Positions 58,567-64,000 of a DNA stretch of 64,000 nt are shown piece by piece. Within the stretch, counting starts at the first letter, position 1; each line of letters starts with the position of its first letter. The translations under genes were made by a program, and so were the position numbers. The notes below the pieces were generated by a model. That model had not been told where the DNA came from, did no database searches, and was given only the letters and a program-made list of their open reading frames with translations. Location of the stretch: positions 71,822-135,821 of the IMG/VR virus record IMGVR_UViG_3300044904_000300; one strand, 5' to 3'. The DNA comes from a virus.

Positions 58567-58815
58567 ATGCACCATCTGATTCATTTCGTGTTTGGCATCT
58601 CGGCGTTCTTTGTGCTGTTCCTGGTGTTGCTCACTGCGATTAGCGCATACTTCCTACCTACGATTCTTGCGTTCCTCACGCATCATCAACGCCGGTGGCT
58701 CCTCGCTGCGCTCAACCTATTCCTGGGTTGGTCCTTCATCGCGTGGTTCGTGTGCATGATCTGGGTCTGGTCGGGTCCTCGCGGCCGCGCATCGGACCCC
58801 ATGTATTTCGGCTAG
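58567..58815 (+). CDS. imm: Superinfection immunity protein (T4 Imm family)
   Basis: YFLPTILA...H......LNLFLGWS.I.W...MIW. Confidence 0.85.
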   Translation: MHHLIHFVFGISAFFVLFLVLLTAISAYFLPTILAFLTHHQRRWLLAALNLFLGWSFIAWFVCMIWVWSGPRGRASDPMYFG

Positions 58816-58889
58816 ACGAAGAAAAAGCGAAAGCTCATACCTCAAAACACTAGGGATTTTTCGATTACAAAATTGTAATCATTTTGTGC

Positions 58890-58918
58890 TTGACTCTTGC
58901 CGCTAGGTATGAGACAAT
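58890..58918 (+). promoter_or_regulatory. Early sigma70-type promoter with upstream palindrome
   Basis: TTGACT-N17-GACAAT with TG; GATTACAA-AA-TTGTAATC at 58863-58880; ATG at 58925. Confidence 0.7.
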
Positions 58919-58924
58919 AGCATC

Positions 58925-59515
58925 ATGGTAAAGGGTTTCAAGAGTATCAGCGTTCCATCGAACGCGAAGCTCGTGGTTGCGTCCGAGCCGGACGCTATGC
59001 CGGAGGTCGTCCTGACCCCCGACACGGTCACGGAAACGGAAGTTGACGCGATTGAAGCGTCGGCGGATGTTCCGCACGTCGCCGAGTTGTCCGAGAAGTT
59101 CCTTCTCGCGGGCAACGCGGTTTTCACAGTCACGAATCCCAAAGGGGACCATTATACGTTCCGTGTTCGGCGCGTCGAATCCGAGTGGCCGCAAGGCTCT
59201 GGTCGGATGGGCGTGTCGTATTTCGTCAACGTCAAGGTCTCTGGTCAGGATCGTCTCTATGCGTATATCGGACTGCTCAACCCGACGACGGGCACAGTCA
59301 AGACCACGCAGAAGTCGATGTATGTTCCTGGCTCGAAGGAATACGATGTTGCCTCGTGGGCGTGCCAAGCGGTGATCGGATGTAAGATGGTCCCCGCAGG
59401 ATATCACATCGAACACGCGGGACGCTGTGGTAAGTGCGGTCGTCAGTTGACGGACCCGCAGAGCATCGAACGCGGAATCGGACCAGAATGCTGGTCCATG
59501 ATCGGGAGTTTGTAA
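58925..59515 (+). CDS. DUF6011-like protein
   Basis: AGNAVFTV.N..G.H.TF, GRC..CGR.LTDP.SIERGIGP.C. Confidence 0.75.
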   Translation: MVKGFKSISVPSNAKLVVASEPDAMPEVVLTPDTVTETEVDAIEASADVPHVAELSEKFLLAGNAVFTVTNPKGDHYTFRVRRVESEWPQGSGRMGVSYFVNVKVSGQDRLYAYIGLLNPTTGTVKTTQKSMYVPGSKEYDVASWACQAVIGCKMVPAGYHIEHAGRCGKCGRQLTDPQSIERGIGPECWSMIGSL

Positions 59516-59709
59516 TGGTTGTGCAAGTTGTTCACATCGTTTTCGAGGATATCGTCGGTGAGCCGACGCGGATCGTTGGTGTCTATGCGGACCCTCGGAC
59601 CGCTTGCATCGTTCGGAGCTACATGCAGACGTGTGCGAAGGATGCCTTCGTGACTGACGCAACGCCCCGCTATTCGTATCGTGCGGAATCGAAGGAAGTG
59701 ACGGAGTAA
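59515..59709 (+). CDS. Small hypothetical protein
   Basis: Coupled start; IVGVY motif. Confidence 0.45.
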   Translation: MVVQVVHIVFEDIVGEPTRIVGVYADPRTACIVRSYMQTCAKDAFVTDATPRYSYRAESKEVTE

Positions 59710-59710
59710 C

Positions 59711-59926
59711 ATGCGCCAGAAGAAATCGCTCCCGCAGTTCATCCGTGAAAATCGGACGGAAATCAACCACGCCATCAATTGCGCGATGTATCGCTATGAC
59801 GGCCGCGGAGGTCGCGGAACAATCCCGACGCCCCCGCCGGTGCACGACGATAAGGAAATGCGTGAATGGATTCTCTCTGATGAACCGTTGTATCGCTGGG
59901 CGCAGTCTGAAGGGGTGAACATCTAA
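59711..59926 (+). CDS. Small hypothetical protein
   Basis: D.E...W...DE.LY.WA..EGV; GGAG RBS. Confidence 0.55.
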   Translation: MRQKKSLPQFIRENRTEINHAINCAMYRYDGRGGRGTIPTPPPVHDDKEMREWILSDEPLYRWAQSEGVNI

Positions 59927-60114
59927 TGTATCCCGATGTGGTGATTGTTGACGGCGACGAGTGGCAGGGCTTGTATGTTGACGGGGTGCTGAAGTGCGAA
60001 GATCATCGACTTCGTGTGGATGAAGTGCTCGACGCACTCGGTATCAACGTGACCGTTCAGCCGACGTGGCACGATGACGTGCTGCCAGACAAACTGGAAG
60101 ATTTGAAGGACTAA
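59926..60114 (+). CDS. Small hypothetical protein
   Basis: DEW.GLYVDG.L..E.H, LP..LEDL. Confidence 0.55.
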   Translation: MYPDVVIVDGDEWQGLYVDGVLKCEDHRLRVDEVLDALGINVTVQPTWHDDVLPDKLEDLKD

Positions 60115-60115
60115 C

Positions 60116-61294
60116 ATGTTGCATACTATCACGGGAGGCGCGACCTCTGCGATTGTCTACGGGGATTATCCCGACCAGAACGAGTTGACGCAGATTTTCT
60201 CGTTGCTCTCGTGCCCTGCGTTTGCGGGTGCGAATGTTCGGATCATGCCGGACCATCATGCGGGATCGGGATGCGTCATCGGGTTCACGTCGTCTATCGA
60301 CATGACGGACCCCAAGATCGTCCCGAATGTCGTCGGTGTGGACATCGGATGTGGTGTGACCGCGATTCAGTTGCCTTCGGGCCCGACGCGGGAAGAGCAC
60401 TTTGCGGCGTTTGACCGGTTCCTGCGTTCGACGGTTCCAGCGGGGTTCAACGTTCGCCCGACCGTGTCTGACGCGATGGAACGGGTATACCGTGAAGTGT
60501 TTGGTGTGGACCCCGTTATCTTTGAATATGAGTTGACCGCGATCACGAAGAAGATCGGCATCGACGACACTCGGGTGTTGCACTCTATCGGAACGCTTGG
60601 TGGGGGTAACCACTTCATCGAGTTGGATCGGAGCGATGACGCTTCGGTGTGGTTGACCGTGCATTCAGGAAGCCGAAACTTTGGACTGCAGGTTGCGAAC
60701 TATCATCAGCGGAAGGCGCAAGCGTCTCATCCGTTCGGTGCGCTGTCGTGGCTGTCTGGTGATGATGCGTTAGAGTATCTGTCGGACATGCGACTTTGCC
60801 AGCAGTTCGCTCGTTTGAATCGTGCGTTGATGTTGTATCTGTTGTCGGACATGTTCGTGAACCGAGCGCATGTGCGAATGGCGCTGGTGAAGGATGCGGT
60901 GGAATCCGTCCATAACTACATCAGCGACGACAACGTGATCCGTAAGGGTGCGGTGTCCGCTGAAGCGGGAACGCCCGTGATTATCCCGTGGAACATGCGG
61001 GACGGAATCGTGATCGGTGTGGGTCGGGGGAATGCGGATTGGAACATGTCTGCGCCTCATGGTGCGGGCCGCCGCATGGGTCGGCGGGAAGCGAAGAACA
61101 CGCTGTCGGTCGCGGATTATAAAGCAGCGATGGAAGGCATCTGGTCGTCGTGTGTCGGGAAGTCTACGATTGACGAAGCACCGGATGCGTATAAGCCTGC
61201 GGAGTCTGTGGAAGCGGCGCTTGTGGATACTGTGGAAGTGCAGCACCACTTGAAGCCGATCTATAACTTCAAGGCGGGGGAAGAGTCGCGATGA
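60116..61294 (+). CDS. rtcB: RtcB RNA ligase
   Basis: PDHHAG.GC.IG, VGVDIGCG, GTLGGGNHFIE, VHSGSR..G, HNYI, APHGAGR, DEAP.AYK. Confidence 0.95.
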   Translation: MLHTITGGATSAIVYGDYPDQNELTQIFSLLSCPAFAGANVRIMPDHHAGSGCVIGFTSSIDMTDPKIVPNVVGVDIGCGVTAIQLPSGPTREEHFAAFDRFLRSTVPAGFNVRPTVSDAMERVYREVFGVDPVIFEYELTAITKKIGIDDTRVLHSIGTLGGGNHFIELDRSDDASVWLTVHSGSRNFGLQVANYHQRKAQASHPFGALSWLSGDDALEYLSDMRLCQQFARLNRALMLYLLSDMFVNRAHVRMALVKDAVESVHNYISDDNVIRKGAVSAEAGTPVIIPWNMRDGIVIGVGRGNADWNMSAPHGAGRRMGRREAKNTLSVADYKAAMEGIWSSCVGKSTIDEAPDAYKPAESVEAALVDTVEVQHHLKPIYNFKAGEESR

Positions 61295-61584
61295 CTCGCA
61301 GCACGAAAGTTGTCCTCGCCGTGTTCGTTGCAACGCAAGTGCTCGATGGAGTGCTGACGTATGCGGGGATCACACGGGGAGTCGCGCACGAAGCGAACCC
61401 GCTGATTGCGGGATTGATTCCGTATACCGGGCTGTTCGTTTCGTTGGGCGCGATGAAGTTGTTCGCGGTAGGATGCGGGTGTGTTCTCGCGATTCTCGAC
61501 CGCACGAAACTTCTCGCGTTCGCTGTTCTATTGTATTGGGCGTTTGCGGTGCTGCCGTGGATGTTCCTGTTGGGGATTCTGTAA
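61291..61584 (+). CDS. DUF5658-like membrane protein
   Basis: Q.LDG..TY.G...G.A.EANP. Confidence 0.65.
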   Translation: MTRSTKVVLAVFVATQVLDGVLTYAGITRGVAHEANPLIAGLIPYTGLFVSLGAMKLFAVGCGCVLAILDRTKLLAFAVLLYWAFAVLPWMFLLGIL

Positions 61585-61781
61585 TGATTGACTTGCATCT
61601 TGGTGATCGTGTCGCTTCAAGGATTGACCCGGACCGTTTCGGGACTGTGGTCGGTCTCAATCGGTTCCCGAATCTGACCGAGAAGGACTGGGCGGATGTG
61701 GAGTGGGATACTACTCCGTTGCCCAAGCAGTTCGGTCGGGTGTGGTCAATCCCTGTTGCGAAGTTGGAGCGTGTGAAATGA
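61584..61781 (+). CDS. Small SH3-like protein
   Basis: GDRV....FGTV, V.WD, L.RV. Confidence 0.5.
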   Translation: MIDLHLGDRVASRIDPDRFGTVVGLNRFPNLTEKDWADVEWDTTPLPKQFGRVWSIPVAKLERVK

Positions 61782-62092
61782 ACGATCTTGATCGTCCGCT
61801 GTCGTTTGTGTGCCCGCGCTGCGGTCCTGTGGACCACCTGACCATGAGCGGTCGGTATGTTGGTGGCGCCGTCGTGTCCGTCACGTTTTTTGTGCGTCTT
61901 CGTCCGGATGGGGGTATCGGATTTGAGACGAGTATCGACAAAAATAGTGCGCCAGGAGTCGTGGCGGAACTCGTTCGTTATCGTCAAGTGTCTTGGTGGT
62001 GCGAACGAGCGAATGAAGCTGCGTCTGGAAGATTTACCAAGTTGCGCTGTGGAGTTTGTGGCGTGAATTCTGATTTGATGGAAGTGCGATAA
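61778..62092 (+). CDS. Small Zn-ribbon protein
   Basis: CPRC ... CGVC; ATGA coupling. Confidence 0.5.
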   Translation: MNDLDRPLSFVCPRCGPVDHLTMSGRYVGGAVVSVTFFVRLRPDGGIGFETSIDKNSAPGVVAELVRYRQVSWWCERANEAASGRFTKLRCGVCGVNSDLMEVR

Positions 62093-62093
62093 C

Positions 62094-62324
62094 ATGAAGG
62101 ATTTTGCTGTGTCTATTGGAAGAGCGTTGGGTCGGTTGTCTCGTTGGAAGCGTCGGGTGCTCTGTGCCCACGACTATCTGTATGCGTTTGACCAGTCGCA
62201 TGTGTTCCTGCGTTGCGCGAAGTGCAATCATGAAACTCCTGGGTTTACTGTGACGGGAAAGCGCCCGTCTGCGCGTCCCGAGTGCGAGGGCATTCCTGAC
62301 CGTCATCGCGTGGGGAAGGCCTAG
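62094..62324 (+). CDS. Small Zn-binding protein
   Basis: C.HDY....LRC.KC.HE.PG. Confidence 0.5.
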   Translation: MKDFAVSIGRALGRLSRWKRRVLCAHDYLYAFDQSHVFLRCAKCNHETPGFTVTGKRPSARPECEGIPDRHRVGKA

Positions 62325-62325
62325 C

Positions 62326-62688
62326 ATGTTTGATGAACGTTTGGACAACGATGGATACCCCACCGAGCAGGTGCTGGAAGCCATCGAGAAATGGGACTAC
62401 CGGGACATTCCTGGTGTGTTTGCGCTCATTCGGGAACTCTGGTGGCCCGACTTTGAGCCGGGTGGGGGTTGGGGTGTGAGCGAAGGCCTCTCTCCCGAGG
62501 AACACGTGGTGGTGCATGGCCCCCTGTTTCCTGAGAGGCGGTTTATTCGCTTTGCGACGGGCGGCTGGTCGGGGAACGAATCGCTAATCTATGCGCTCCG
62601 TCGAAACCAGATTATCTGGTCCGTCACTTGGAGTTTGTCGTCTCGTGGCGGCCTGCACATTTTTACGTTGGATCGGGGCGTATCATGA
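62326..62688 (+). CDS. Hypothetical protein
   Basis: D.DGYPT...LE.I..W, ATGGWSGNE..I.AL, RGG.H.F; recurrent phage-type motif. Confidence 0.65.
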   Translation: MFDERLDNDGYPTEQVLEAIEKWDYRDIPGVFALIRELWWPDFEPGGGWGVSEGLSPEEHVVVHGPLFPERRFIRFATGGWSGNESLIYALRRNQIIWSVTWSLSSRGGLHIFTLDRGVS

Positions 62689-62945
62689 AACGAGTTGGAC
62701 CGATGAGGGATTTCGAACTCGCAAAGAAACTTCAGCCCTACCATACCGAGGGATGCCACGGTGATGAAACGGGTGAGTGCGCGAGTGATTGCGATTGGTT
62801 GGAACGGGTGCACAACACGTTCCTGGTGCTGATGGGTATTCGGGTTACTGAGCGGGCCGCGTGTGAAGCGATCTGCCGTGAGTGCGGAAGTGCCCGTGCT
62901 TCAGATCGGATTCAGGATAGGGCAAAAGACGATGACAAGCGATAG
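62685..62945 (+). CDS. Small hypothetical protein
   Basis: ER.AC..IC motif; coupled start. Confidence 0.45.
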   Translation: MKRVGPMRDFELAKKLQPYHTEGCHGDETGECASDCDWLERVHNTFLVLMGIRVTERAACEAICRECGSARASDRIQDRAKDDDKR

Positions 62946-63117
62946 ATTCGAAGAAGCAATCAAACGGTTTGCCGAAACAGACCCCGAAGCGGCCGAGGAA
63001 CTGGCTGACAGCGTGGACGAGATTCGGGCAACGATTCTGGAAGGAGCAGCGTGGAGAAAACTCGCTCTCAGACTGGCAAAAGTTGTGGCAGTTTACCAGA
63101 CCTACTCGCCAAACTAA
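62932..63117 (+). CDS. Small helical protein
   Basis: Overlaps the previous stop. Confidence 0.45.
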   Translation: MTSDRFEEAIKRFAETDPEAAEELADSVDEIRATILEGAAWRKLALRLAKVVAVYQTYSPN

Positions 63118-63141
63118 ATTTCACCTATGGGCAGATTCCTC

Positions 63142-63170
63142 TTGACAACGCCCGGCGAATATGAGATACT
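63142..63170 (+). promoter_or_regulatory. Early sigma70-type promoter
   Basis: TTGACA-N17-GATACT with TATGA before the -10 box. Confidence 0.7.
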
Positions 63171-63267
63171 AGTATCAAGAGTTGAGGGAGACACAAAGAC
63201 ACTCCCCGAAAACAACAGCCCGACGCGAATAGTCGCAAACGGGCAACGTGAAGGAGAACGGAACATT

Positions 63268-63549
63268 ATGGAACGCAAGTTCGCAAAGATTATCAAGCTG
63301 ATGGAGTCGAAGGGTGGGCGCGTGGAAGTCACGGACCCTGACCTGAAGGACATCCTCGGTGATGCCCTGTACCGCGTGGCGTCCTACATTTGGGACATCA
63401 AGCACTACGCGGGCCTCGACGTCAAGGCGATTCGTGCCGGCCGCAAGGTCGTTGCCTACGAACTCGTCGCGACCGCTTCCGCACCTGTTGCGGACAATTC
63501 TGCAGCCCCCGTGACTGACGGCACCGCGGCGGCAGACGTGACGGCGTAG
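63268..63549 (+). CDS. Putative winged-helix-like DNA-binding protein of T4-like phages
   Basis: LYR.ASYIWDIK....V.AIR.GRKV.AYELV; start ATG 63268 with AAGGAG/GGAAC upstream. Confidence 0.55.
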   Translation: MERKFAKIIKLMESKGGRVEVTDPDLKDILGDALYRVASYIWDIKHYAGLDVKAIRAGRKVVAYELVATASAPVADNSAAPVTDGTAAADVTA

Positions 63550-63583
63550 TTCTACGCGGGGTGGCTCCCCGCTGTCGTCACAG

Positions 63584-63626
63584 GGGTGCTGCGGGTTCTC
63601 TCCCCCGCCGCACCCCATTCTTTTCT
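63584..63626 (+). terminator. Intrinsic terminator
   Basis: GGGGTGCTGCGGG...CCCGCCGCACCCC followed by ATTCTTTTCT. Confidence 0.55.
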
Positions 63627-63637
63627 CACGGAACACT

Positions 63638-64000
63638 ATGGCACTCATGAAGTTCAAACGAATCCTTCCCGCACTTCCGACTCAGGAAGTGTATGATGCG
63701 ATTCTTGCGGAAGCCTTGCGTGTCGTGCGTGAGGGAACAGAAGCAGAGTGGAATGATTCGTTTGAGCTGAACGACTTCAAGTTGCTCGAACCTACCGCCC
63801 CGGATTCCGAATTTACCAATAATACATGTGTGTTTTGCGGTGGGCACCGAGTGTTCAACGAAGCGCAATACAAGATGTTCCTTCAGAACGGCGTGTCAGA
63901 ATACAGGCTGGGGCATCGGAGTTTCTGTAATCGTTGGTTGAAGTCTTGGAAATACGTCGATTATCTCGACAGGCATCTCGTTGAACGAAGGGACTACTAG
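63638..64000 (+). CDS. Hypothetical protein
   Basis: 120-aa ORF with stop at the last base; CVFC..HR. Confidence 0.55.
   Translation: MALMKFKRILPALPTQEVYDAILAEALRVVREGTEAEWNDSFELNDFKLLEPTAPDSEFTNNTCVFCGGHRVFNEAQYKMFLQNGVSEYRLGHRSFCNRWLKSWKYVDYLDRHLVERRDY

Noticed and set aside
58865-60037. 390-aa minus-strand ORF
   Set aside because: Spans several well-punctuated plus-strand genes and has low-information R/H/P-rich composition.
1-64000. tRNA/rRNA genes and stop-codon reassignment
   Set aside because: No cloverleaf with T-loop and acceptor stem was found by eye (tRNAscan would be decisive). Core genes are uninterrupted under the standard code and end in all three stop types.

Overview
A 64-kb segment of a T4-like (Tevenvirales-type, cyanophage-like gene order) myovirus genome. 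1-8.1 kb: fibre/virion accessory genes, including a tandem array of five ~290-aa paralogues. 8.2-28.9 kb: conserved morphogenesis core (g13, g14, g15, g16, g17, g18, g19, g20, g67-like, g21, g22, g23, g3). 29-43.6 kb: uvsY, uvsW, g55, g47, g46 and two DNA methyltransferases, invaded by homing-endonuclease-like genes (HEGs; eight in 12-46 kb). 43.6-50 kb: late accessory genes (Dps, papain-like protease, ParB-like). 51-64 kb: early region under sigma70-type promoters (VWA plus MoxR/CobS ATPase, Imm, DUF6011, RtcB, many small ORFs). Main discoveries: (1) three genes are fractured by HEGs in different ways: terL by an atypically split, Ser1 intein; uvsW with no intact intein; and a DNA methyltransferase that carries a whole antisense endonuclease gene as an in-frame 256-codon insert and is then split a second time, with a candidate 7-nt translational bypass in its C-fragment. 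(2) Late-expressed modular proteins whose Zn-ribbon and other small domains are delimited by gp21-type [ILVF]-x-E sites, suggesting protease-processed capsid cargo polyproteins. (3) A TTACAA-NN-TTGTAA palindrome at a fixed distance from early promoters, many of which appear leaderless. All family assignments come from motif recognition by eye; no database search was run.
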